A program made the position numbers and the translations under genes. Source: a virus (lineage: Duplodnaviria > Caudoviricetes). From it: a stretch of 64,000 bases of DNA. The notes beneath the pieces were generated by a model, which saw nothing but the letters and a program-made list of their open reading frames with translations, had not been told where the DNA came from and ran no database searches. This document shows positions 8,965 through 16,800 of this stretch, in pieces; position 1 is the stretch's first letter; each line of letters opens with the position of its first letter. The stretch lies in the IMG/VR virus record IMGVR_UViG_3300049141_000098, positions 195,647 to 259,646 of that record, one strand, 5' to 3'.

Positions 8965-9504
8965 TTACCGGGGCGGCAACTTCGCCAGCCCGACGAGCAC
9001 CTGACCGATCTCGTCGTCGTACTCCTCCGCGATCATGAGGCGGCTCTCGTACTCCAGGACCCCGGAGGGGAAGTCGCAGGTCCAGTCGTCCCCATCGCCC
9101 GGGTAGCCGGTCGCCATCGACGTGTCGACGCTGTAGCGGTCGCTCAGCTTGGACGAGAGGGATACGCCCCACCCGTTCGACAGGACCAGGCGCATGACCG
9201 AACGCGGTTCGTCCCCCTCGTAAGCGGGCTCCCACTCCCACGGACCAATCACGGTGGCTCCGTAACGCAGGGACAGGCGTTCCCCCGCGTTCGTCAGCTC
9301 CCGCGTCATCCACTCCCGGTACGTCATCCCGTCCGTCTCGACGTCGAACCGGGCAGACTCGACGTCGTACCCCTGCACGATGCACCAGCCGCGCATGTAT
9401 CCCTGCGCTTCCGCCGCGCTCCCGGCGGGGATCTCCGCCCGCTTGTTCACCGTCCCGTACATCGGGTGACTCGCCGTGGCTTTGATGCCGTAGATCTTGG
9501 TCAC
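8965..9504 (-). CDS. hypothetical protein
   Basis: Track ORF with RBS motif. Confidence 0.75.
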   Translation of the reverse strand: MTKIYGIKATASHPMYGTVNKRAEIPAGSAAEAQGYMRGWCIVQGYDVESARFDVETDGMTYREWMTRELTNAGERLSLRYGATVIGPWEWEPAYEGDEPRSVMRLVLSNGWGVSLSSKLSDRYSVDTSMATGYPGDGDDWTCDFPSGVLEYESRLMIAEEYDDEIGQVLVGLAKLPPR

Positions 9505-9534
9505 GCCCCTTTTTTCCTTTCCGTCACGCTCCCG

Positions 9535-9590
9535 AACCGGGAACCCACGGAGTACGTCCCGCAGCGCGGAACGCCCCCGAAGATCACCGC
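9535..9590 (-). other. long intergenic RNA hairpin, family 1 variant
   Basis: CUUC/GUGG core; upper stem needs three G.U pairs on the minus strand. Confidence 0.6.
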
Positions 9591-9760
9591 CCCCTGGGCT
9601 TCAAGGCCTCACGCATGGCGAGCACCAGGAAGACAAACCCAATACTGATGAACACCTCCCCCAGGGCTACGTGCACGGTTGCGTCCACCAGGTAGACGCC
9701 GCCGAGCAGATAGAAGATCGTCCCGGCGCACATGGCGTGGAATCTTCTGTCTTTGCCCAT
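9584..9760 (-). CDS. small two-TM membrane protein (MGKDRRFHAMCAG...)
   Basis: Hand-translated, 58 aa, two hydrophobic segments; not in the ORF track. Confidence 0.65.
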   Translation of the reverse strand: MGKDRRFHAMCAGTIFYLLGGVYLVDATVHVALGEVFISIGFVFLVLAMREALKPRGR

Positions 9761-9788
9761 CGCTCCCCGTTCCTACCCGTACGCCGGA

Positions 9789-10163
9789 TCAGACCGTGCG
9801 GCGTGTTGAATGCTGGTCTCGGGGGTCGATCGCCGGAAGATCCCGCAGCACGGCTACCGCCTTCCGCGCCGCCTTCAGCACCACATCCGACGTCCCAGCA
9901 GACTCCCCACCGTTCACGACCGGCGTCGACTGATCCGTGCGCCACGGCGTCCCGTCGTACGTGACGTCACGCAGCGGGACCGTCTCCCGAATCGTGATCA
10001 TGTCGATCCGGCCGGTGTCGGCCTTCCACATGAGGGAGATCCCGCGCTTGTTGGCCAGCCACACCCGCGCAACCTGGTCCCCCTTGTGCGGGCCCGTGAA
10101 CGGCCCTTCCACCGCCGCATTGAACTCCAGCGACAGATGACCGGCCACCTGCAAAGCGTCCAT
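9789..10163 (-). CDS. hypothetical protein
   Basis: Track ORF with RBS motif. Confidence 0.7.
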   Translation of the reverse strand: MDALQVAGHLSLEFNAAVEGPFTGPHKGDQVARVWLANKRGISLMWKADTGRIDMITIRETVPLRDVTYDGTPWRTDQSTPVVNGGESAGTSDVVLKAARKAVAVLRDLPAIDPRDQHSTRRTV

Positions 10164-10221
10164 TCCCGTCCCTCCCTCTCCGTTACTTCGCTGGCAAATC
10201 CGCGCTTTGACTTCCGAACGG

Positions 10222-10545
10222 TCAGCCCTGCCGGTCGCCCATGGGCGGATACGTCGCGCCCGGGGCGGGCTCCCGCTTGTGCCACGGGGTGTCGTCCCCA
10301 GTCGTCGCGCTTCCGTCTGCGAGATCCTGCGCCCGGACCGCGTAGCCGTCCCGGTACGCCCGGCACAGGATCCCGTCCGGCCCGTCGGCGTACATGAATG
10401 GCACGTCCGTCACCTCCGTGGCGAACGGCTCCCGGTAGGTTTCGCTGTAGTCGTGCGCCCGGTCGGCGTCGTCCCGTCCGTGCTCCCACGCCTCCGCCGC
10501 GTCCGCGTTCTGCGCGAACTCCGACGGCATCCCTTTGCTGGTCAC
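10222..10545 (-). CDS. hypothetical protein (MTSKGMPSEF...)
   Basis: RBS motif before GTG 10545. Confidence 0.7.
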   Translation of the reverse strand: MTSKGMPSEFAQNADAAEAWEHGRDDADRAHDYSETYREPFATEVTDVPFMYADGPDGILCRAYRDGYAVRAQDLADGSATTGDDTPWHKREPAPGATYPPMGDRQG

Positions 10546-10568
10546 CCTGGTCCCCTTTCCGTTGTCCG

Positions 10569-10630
10569 TGCCGGGCGGCACTCCCGGGCAACCGGTCTCA
10601 CGACCGGTTGCCCTAGGGCGTCTCCCGTCA
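10569..10630 (-). other. long intergenic RNA hairpin, family 2
   Basis: 11-bp upper stem; flanks GGGAGACGCCCTA/GGGAGTGCCG pair as a mismatched lower stem. Confidence 0.65.
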
Positions 10631-10810
10631 GGTACAGGCCCCGTGCGTTGTACGTCCGCGCGGGACCGTCCCGGAGGGGTCGGCCAGCATCGCGCGGGGC
10701 GTGATGTTGCTTCCGAAGTACACGCCCTTCCCCCGGTAGTCGTTCGTCGCGTCACCCCGGTCAGGGTCCTGCGCCGCCCGATGCCGCGCCATCTTCACCG
10801 TGTGCGTCAT
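10628..10810 (-). CDS. small hypothetical protein
   Basis: Track ORF with RBS motif. Confidence 0.65.
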   Translation of the reverse strand: MTHTVKMARHRAAQDPDRGDATNDYRGKGVYFGSNITPRAMLADPSGTVPRGRTTHGACT

Positions 10811-10835
10811 GTCCCGTTTTCCCTTTCCGAATGGT

Positions 10836-10896
10836 GTCAGGCGACACCCCCGGGCGGTCGGAATGTCTCCCGGCCGCCCTAGCGCGACTCCCTGAC
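10836..10896 (-). other. long intergenic RNA hairpin, family 2
   Basis: Same flanks and mismatch positions as the 10569 copy, different upper stem. Confidence 0.65.
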
Positions 10897-10897
10897 G

Positions 10898-11248
10898 TCA
10901 GAGTGCGTTGACTTGATCCCGGTAACCGCCCGCGCAGTCGATCATTTCCGGATCGATCCGGTCCTGTTCGACGTTGAACATTCCGCGTGCCGTCTCCTCG
11001 AACGACGTACGGACCAGGGTTGCCAGGCGCCTCCGCCCGTTACCGTGATCCCGCCCCTCCCGCAGTACCGTCCACGTGTAGACGCGTCCGTCGGTCATGA
11101 GCATCACGCCACGCGCGAGACACTGATCACCGGGGCGCATCCGGAACTGGATGCTCTGCGACACCTTCCCTTCCACGTACTCACCGCGCCCGAAGCTGTA
11201 ACCGTTCGGTCCGTACGGTGCTCCCTGGTCCCAGAACGCTTCCGTCAT
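10898..11248 (-). CDS. hypothetical protein
   Basis: Track ORF with RBS motif. Confidence 0.75.
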   Translation of the reverse strand: MTEAFWDQGAPYGPNGYSFGRGEYVEGKVSQSIQFRMRPGDQCLARGVMLMTDGRVYTWTVLREGRDHGNGRRRLATLVRTSFEETARGMFNVEQDRIDPEMIDCAGGYRDQVNAL

Positions 11249-11271
11249 ATCTCCCGCTCTCCCTTCCGTTC

Positions 11272-11281
11272 GGCCTAGGCC
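11272..11281. promoter_or_regulatory. GRCCTAGGYC palindrome (candidate operator)
   Basis: GGCCTAGGCC just upstream of an RBS. Confidence 0.65.
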
Positions 11282-11290
11282 ACGAGGATG

Positions 11291-11632
11291 CTACCGCATC
11301 CGCCCGACGCCCGCGAAGGTTCCGTCAGCGACCGTCCGACGCAGCCACGCATCCCGCAGGGTCTCCAGGGTGCCGAGATCCCCGTAGCTGTGCTCGATCC
11401 CGTCCGCCGAGATCAGCGTGACCTGAGCGGCGAAAACGGACACCCACTCAATGGCCACGCACGTGATACGCCGACCGGCATACCGGTAGCCCGACACGCG
11501 GATCGCCGCGCCGTTGATCTTCCGGGTCGGCAGCCCTCCCATGATCCGGAGCTGTCCGACCCCGTCGTTCGCAACGGCCCCCGTCCCGGATTCCGTCGCG
11601 TGATCGCTGGGCTTGTCCATCGTGACACCCAT
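11291..11632 (-). CDS. hypothetical protein
   Basis: Track ORF with RBS. Confidence 0.65.
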   Translation of the reverse strand: MGVTMDKPSDHATESGTGAVANDGVGQLRIMGGLPTRKINGAAIRVSGYRYAGRRITCVAIEWVSVFAAQVTLISADGIEHSYGDLGTLETLRDAWLRRTVADGTFAGVGRMR

Positions 11633-11678
11633 GTCCGTTCTTCCCTTCCCGAACTCCCCTGCGAACGCCTTTGCGTCC

Positions 11679-11747
11679 GTCGCGGCAAGCAGGCTGGAGC
11701 GCCCTTCGGCTCACCCCCGAAGGGCGCTCCCGTCCACCGGCCCCGAC
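11679..11747 (-). other. long intergenic RNA hairpin, family 1
   Basis: Perfect upper stem GGAGCGCCCTTCGG; G.A closing pair; U.U replaced by A.C at the same position; lower stem paired. Confidence 0.7.
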
Positions 11748-12157
11748 TACTTCTTGATCTTGTAGCCCATGGACAGACAGTCGGCCGACGCCGTGACCGT
11801 GGCGTACGAGATCACCGTGTTGTGGTTCCGGTAACGGTCGTACGCCATGTCGAACACGAACTCCCGCACGCTCGCACGGATCCCGGACTTCACAGCGGCC
11901 TTGCACACCGCGCGACGCTGCGCCGCACCCTCCCGGCTGCCGTCACCCAGCCACAGCAGGGCACCGTCCCGGAACGTCCCGGTCTTCAGGCACTTCCGGT
12001 CATACTCCGGCATGCCCCGGTAGCCGGTCTCACAGATGGACTTCGCCGCCTTGACCGTCCCGCGCGCCGGAGCTGCGTCCGCCGGGGGGTTGAACGCCAT
12101 CAGCGCGAGGAGCCCCGCGAGGACGGTCAGGATGCTGCGGCCCTTGATGTTGTTCAT
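11747..12157 (-). CDS. secreted protein (signal peptide ending ADA/A)
   Basis: Basic N-terminus, hydrophobic core, AxA site, four Cys. Confidence 0.75.
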   Translation of the reverse strand: MNNIKGRSILTVLAGLLALMAFNPPADAAPARGTVKAAKSICETGYRGMPEYDRKCLKTGTFRDGALLWLGDGSREGAAQRRAVCKAAVKSGIRASVREFVFDMAYDRYRNHNTVISYATVTASADCLSMGYKIKK

Positions 12158-12190
12158 GATTGTTTCCTCTCACTTTCCGTGTCTCGTCCC

Positions 12191-12256
12191 TCACTCCCGG
12201 ACGATTCGGCCCGGACCCGGGGCATCCCCGAGCCGGACCGGACCGCACGGCCGTGA
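12191..12256 (-). other. long imperfect intergenic RNA hairpin
   Basis: About 30 bp of pairing with several G.U pairs on the minus strand. Confidence 0.55.
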
Positions 12257-12877
12257 TCAGTAACCCTCGCGCCCCTGCGCTACCGCGCTTCCGTCCTCGT
12301 AGAACCGGACGTCATAGGGGTTGCGGTTGACGTCCCGCAGCGCTTGTTCACACTCCGCCGGTCCCTGTCCGCACTCCGTGTAGGCCTGCCAGGACAGGTA
12401 GGCGCCCTCGATGATCAGTTCCCGCGCGGCGTCCCGGTCCGGGTCACCCGCACCCGCCGGAGTCCCCACCACCGTGACTGGCAGCACCGGCCGGTCCGGC
12501 GCATCCGGGTTGTTGCCGAACGTCCCGAGCAGCCACGCGACCATGAGCAGCACGGCCACGCATCCGGCACCGATCACGCCGACCACCACCCGTTCCGACG
12601 TCCGGAGCTGTCCGCTCCCGTCCACCGGCATGGTTGCCCACGGTTCCCGCGCGTCCGTCTCCCGGTCCTGCCCGGCCGCCGTACCGGCCGCATCCCGGAT
12701 CAGTTCGTTGACGATCTCGGCGAACTCCGGCCCGTCGATCTTGCCGAGCACGTACCGGCCCGCCGCGCGGTCGAAGATCTCGCGGAACGATTCCCGCACG
12801 TCCCTGCCGTTCACCCGCTCGATGTGCGGAGCCAGCCGACGACGCTCCGCCGTGATCACGTTCTGCTGCTGCGTCAT
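12257..12877 (-). CDS. single-pass membrane protein
   Basis: Hydrophobic segment VVVGVIGAGCVAVLLMVAWLLG; RBS motif. Confidence 0.75.
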   Translation of the reverse strand: MTQQQNVITAERRRLAPHIERVNGRDVRESFREIFDRAAGRYVLGKIDGPEFAEIVNELIRDAAGTAAGQDRETDAREPWATMPVDGSGQLRTSERVVVGVIGAGCVAVLLMVAWLLGTFGNNPDAPDRPVLPVTVVGTPAGAGDPDRDAARELIIEGAYLSWQAYTECGQGPAECEQALRDVNRNPYDVRFYEDGSAVAQGREGY

Positions 12878-12898
12878 GTCCCGTTTCCCCTTCCCGGC

Positions 12899-12924
12899 GG
12901 GGCCCCGGTGCGTCCCGGGGCCCC
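12899..12924. terminator. GC-rich hairpin, possible terminator
   Basis: GGGGCCCCGG-TGCGTC-CCGGGGCCCC between genes. Confidence 0.45.
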
Positions 12925-12939
12925 TTGTGTGCGTGCGAG

Positions 12940-14811
12940 TTACTTACCGGCCCTTGCCAGACCCTTGCGCGCAGCCTCCTGCGTGCGCTTGTCCGCCTTG
13001 CGCGGGGCGGGCTTGCGCTCACCCTTCGGCGTGAACTCCGGGCGAGGCTCGTGCGAAACCGTCCCGCCCACGTTGCCATCAGCGAACGATCCGACCGACG
13101 CGACCTTGCGAGACTCCCGACGCTCCGTTCCCGTGAGCCGGGACCCCTCGGCAATCTCCCTGGCCTTGGACGCTTCCCGCGCTTCCTCGCGGCCCTTGAG
13201 GTATGCGCCTACCTTTGTGGAGTGACGCCGCCGCTGGGCCCGGCTCATGCCCTTGTGGGCAATGTCCTTGGGTGCCTGGCACAGTGGGCAGATTTCACCG
13301 GACACCCCGGGGTCAACTCCCGGGCGAACCGTCGCGGGAAGGCTCATGGTTCCCGCCTTACCGACCCATCCGCCGGGCCGGACCGGAGCCATGTTCTGAC
13401 TCCCGGTCGTCGCGGCACCGTCCACCGAACCGTGATCCCGCTGACCCTTACCGGCGTCCGCACCCGTCCCGCGCGGGGTCACCTTGCGCTCGCCCTTGCC
13501 GTCCGCTCCCGCCCGGCGGAACGACTCACCCGGCACGGTGTGAATCGACATGATCCACACGTCGCCCTTCTTGCGCTGGACCCGCTTCAGCTCAACGCCA
13601 CGCCGACCGCACCCCTTGGGACCGTCGCACGTGATCGTCCCGCCCGTCGCGTCCTTGACCACCTTGCGCGACCGGCCGCACCGGGTCTCGGCAACGCGCC
13701 GCTTGTCCGCCGCCGCAGGGTCGCCCGGAATGGTCCCGTGTTCCACCGTGTCCATGGACTTTGAGGACATGTGCGGGTTCGCGGGAGGGTTCACCCCGTA
13801 CTCAAAGTGCGAACCGATCCGGAAGTCGTCGTCTGCCACCGTGTCCGCGAGGGGGATGTACGCGCGGCACTCCGGGCACTTCCCGTGCGTCCGCTCCGGG
13901 TTGACGATCTCCACCGGGCCCTTACCCGCGCACCCTCGATAGTCCGTGTCACCCGCACCATTCGTCCCGGACCACTGCCCCCGTCGCACCGCCGGATCCG
14001 GAAGGGACGCCACCTCCGCCGGTACGGGGTGACCGGCCGCGTAGTAAGCGGCAACCTGGGCCCGCATCTCAGCGTGCGTCAGACCCGTGACCCCGGTCGT
14101 CTCGTCCATTCCGGGCAGGGTCGGGGCAGACTCGTCCCGCACCGCCGGAACGGTCGGACGCTTGTGACGACGCATGCCACCCTCGCGACTTACCGCGATG
14201 ATCCGGTCGCAACCTTCCCCCGGGCACTTCCCAGAGTGCTTGCCGTTGTAGTCGTCCGGCACGCTCACGGTGTGGTCATCGCGCTGTACACGCGTCCCAG
14301 CCATCGGAGGCTCACCGGTCCCGTCACACCGGTCGTTCTGCGCGTCCCGCGCCGCCCGCTGTTCGGTCAGCCGCGCCCGCTCCCGGTCAACCGCCACCGT
14401 GCGCCGCGCCTTACCCTGCGCGCCCTTGGACGCCTTGACGATTTCCCGCACTTCCTCACGGGCAATCTCCCGCACTGCCGGAGCAATGTCCGCGCCCAGC
14501 TCCGGGCCACCCTCGGCACCCTCCGCGTACTGGGCATACTTAGCCTCACGCGCGGCCTCAATGTCGTTCTTCCCGCCGGTCGTGGCCAGCCACTTGACGC
14601 ACCGGGCACACATTCTGTCGCCGGTGAACTTTTCCGTCAGACGCTCCGAGTCGACACCCTTTCCGCCGCACGCCGTCCCAATCGTCCCGCCCGTCGCAAG
14701 CGGGTCATTCATCGCTCCCGCCGGAATCAGCAGCGCGTGACCCGCTCCGCTTTCGTACCCGTACATACGGGGGGTGTCATCGGCCGTGAGTGCCACAAAC
14801 AGACTGGTCAT
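12940..14811 (-). CDS. 623-aa hypothetical protein with several Cys-pair motifs
   Basis: Longest left-arm ORF; RBS motif; CARC, CPGEGC, CPEC, CPLC. Confidence 0.8.
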   Translation of the reverse strand: MTSLFVALTADDTPRMYGYESGAGHALLIPAGAMNDPLATGGTIGTACGGKGVDSERLTEKFTGDRMCARCVKWLATTGGKNDIEAAREAKYAQYAEGAEGGPELGADIAPAVREIAREEVREIVKASKGAQGKARRTVAVDRERARLTEQRAARDAQNDRCDGTGEPPMAGTRVQRDDHTVSVPDDYNGKHSGKCPGEGCDRIIAVSREGGMRRHKRPTVPAVRDESAPTLPGMDETTGVTGLTHAEMRAQVAAYYAAGHPVPAEVASLPDPAVRRGQWSGTNGAGDTDYRGCAGKGPVEIVNPERTHGKCPECRAYIPLADTVADDDFRIGSHFEYGVNPPANPHMSSKSMDTVEHGTIPGDPAAADKRRVAETRCGRSRKVVKDATGGTITCDGPKGCGRRGVELKRVQRKKGDVWIMSIHTVPGESFRRAGADGKGERKVTPRGTGADAGKGQRDHGSVDGAATTGSQNMAPVRPGGWVGKAGTMSLPATVRPGVDPGVSGEICPLCQAPKDIAHKGMSRAQRRRHSTKVGAYLKGREEAREASKAREIAEGSRLTGTERRESRKVASVGSFADGNVGGTVSHEPRPEFTPKGERKPAPRKADKRTQEAARKGLARAGK

Positions 14812-14865
14812 GATCTTCCCGCTTTCCGTATCCGCGCCGCGCTTTTCGCGGCGTCTGCGATTTTC

Positions 14866-15051
14866 TTACTGCTCGACGATGTGCCGGGCGTCACTGCCCC
14901 ATGCGCTACCGCGCACCCATGCCGCACTCGCCGCGTAGTCACCCAAACCGGGCCGCCGGTAAATCCGGCCGGTTTCGCTCCGGTACTCAATCGTCCCGGA
15001 CTCCTTGACGATCACCGTTGCGCCATCCCGCAATGCGAGCGTAAGAGTCAT
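14866..15051 (-). CDS. hypothetical protein (MTLTLALRDG...), first ORF of the leftward arm
   Basis: CGGAAAGGAAAAGCGGG RBS before ATG 15051. Confidence 0.65.
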   Translation of the reverse strand: MTLTLALRDGATVIVKESGTIEYRSETGRIYRRPGLGDYAASAAWVRGSAWGSDARHIVEQ

Positions 15052-15179
15052 CCCGCTTTTCCTTTCCGAAGCCTCCCCATGCGGAGGGCGAAACGGACAC
15101 AGCTCACCCGTAATAGCGTCACGCAGGTTCTTTGCCTGCTGCCTACCGGACGTGAGTTGTCCGTTCGTGCTCACCGCAC

Positions 15180-16110
15180 GTGAGCGATAAGGGGGCGAAC
15201 CGTGCGTCGTCCAGTGGAAAGCGTCCCGTTTATCGGGTCGTCTGTCCGTGCGTCGCTATCAGCGTTCGCCCCCTCCTCATGCAATCCGGTCCCGTAGGAC
15301 CGGGCACGGGGCGCTAAGCGTTACCCGTGCGTCGCCGGGGGGAGTTTCTGAGGCTCCCCGTATCCGGCCGGTACCGTCGCACGTCACCCCGGTCAACCCC
15401 ACGGGGGATTAGACCCGTGCCCGGAGAGTGCGTGATCATCTATGCCGTCCTCGCATAGTGCGTTTGGTAACTCGCACCCGGGGTGAAACGGGTTCCGCTA
15501 CGGACTGACTATTTCGACACGTGTTCCCGAATGCATTCCCAGGTTTCACCGCGTGGCTTGCGGATGGACTCCCTGACAAGTGGCCCGTACTTACGTGCGC
15601 CGTAACTCGCGGAGGCTGGACTAACTGACTTGACACGCTTTCCCATGACATCCCCGGATTCCCCCGCCGCGCAGGTTGCGGCTGTAAGGCATTCCGGCGA
15701 GTGGCCACGTACTCCCGTGCGCCATACCCCCGACTGACGGAAGGTTTACCCCTCCCCCAGGTGCGAGCGCCCACCGTTTCCGGCCGTGGTGGACAGTGCC
15801 GTTTGCGCCTCCCGCGCTACCCGGTCAACCCGGGCGTTTCGCGTTCGGCTCCGAGAATCTCAAGGAACCCCATTCGGAGTTGCGAGCAACGAGACTGCCC
15901 GCGCTTCCGTCCGGCCCGCTCCCGCCCCATCGTCGTCCGGCGAACCGGTGCGTCAGAGCGAATGCGAGTGCTTGTGCTGTGCGCCCCGCGCTGCGTCCCG
16001 TAGGCGCTGCGTCGTGGCGACAACGAGAACATTGGCAGAGATGGCTGCCATTGCGTAAGCGAACAGCGCGAGCAACGGGTCTCCCGATTTGCAAACTCGC
16101 AGGTCAGAGC
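15180..16110 (-). ncRNA. candidate large structured noncoding RNA or leader
   Basis: No credible ORF; nested inverted repeats; two c(UACG)g loops and one GAAA tetraloop on the minus strand. Confidence 0.45.
15502..15726. repeat. imperfect tandem duplication (~105 nt units, 15502-15604 and 15618-15726)
   Basis: Shared blocks GGACTRACT, GACACG, TTGCGG, AGTGGCC(A)CGTACTYMCGTGCGCCRTA. Confidence 0.7.
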
Positions 16111-16800
16111 GTTGTAGCGAAGTTGATGTTGGATCCCATATCTCACGACCACATGCACCCTGACCTGCGAAGAAGACAAGTTTGGTAACGAACAGATAAC
16201 GGCCTAGGCCACACGGTATGACCTGCGACGATGCGACAAAGGTTTTTGTTTGTGCAGGTCAGAGAGGTCCCAAACTTCGAGGTCTCGCGAGTGAAACAGA
16301 CAGAACGGACAAAAATTGACCAACATTTACGAGTGCTGGGGGGTATGCAAACGTCAGTGGAAAAGAGTTTCCAGAGCTGAGTGTGACCCAAGTCACACGA
16401 CAATCGTCTCAGCAGTGACCAAACCGGACAGGTGCGGGGAGGGTTCCGGGCGAGTGAAAGGGGGGCGTCCCGATTCTCAAAACCAGCACTTGACCAGCAA
16501 CAACACGCGTGACGTACGCGTATGTCCAGTTTGGTATGTCTGTCTATGTATGTAGTGGAAAGAAATGGAAAGTGGGATAAGGGCCTTACGCTCTGTATGG
16601 GATTGGAAGTGCTGGAATTTCTCTCGCCGGAAACCTGTACCGGACGTCAGAAACATGCAGGTCAGAGGCGTGTCCCGAATGTCGGAATCAGCGCTGATCA
16701 TGCTGCTGAGCTGCGGGAATGCGACGTGATGACCAGGGCGCAGCACTCGGCTTGTGAGACACGCTGTCAGCAAAAGCGGAATAGCAAACACCGCAGGTCA
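16099..16800. repeat. cluster of six TGACCTGC/GCAGGTCA boxes
   Basis: Exact 8-mer at 16099, 16161, 16219, 16254, 16657, 16793. Confidence 0.65.
16201..16210. promoter_or_regulatory. GRCCTAGGYC palindrome (candidate operator)
   Basis: GGCCTAGGCC in the noncoding block. Confidence 0.65.

Noticed and set aside
1173-12256. Left-arm hairpins as integron attC sites or CRISPR repeats
   Set aside because: They lack the RYYYAAC...GTTRRRY ends, are not regularly spaced, and separate whole genes with their own RBSs; no cas or intI gene is present.
12899-14855. Hairpins at 12899 and about 14836 as members of the processing-site family
   Set aside because: Simple stems without the conserved core or a convincing lower stem.
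15479-15520. GGGGTGAAACGG...TTCGAC resembling a tmRNA 5' end
   Set aside because: Spacing is wrong, and no tag ORF or 3' T-arm/CCA acceptor was found downstream.
1173-16110. Self-cleaving ribozymes in the hairpins or the large structured region
   Set aside because: No hammerhead (CUGANGA/GAAA) or HDV-type core recognised by eye; an Infernal search would be needed to exclude others.
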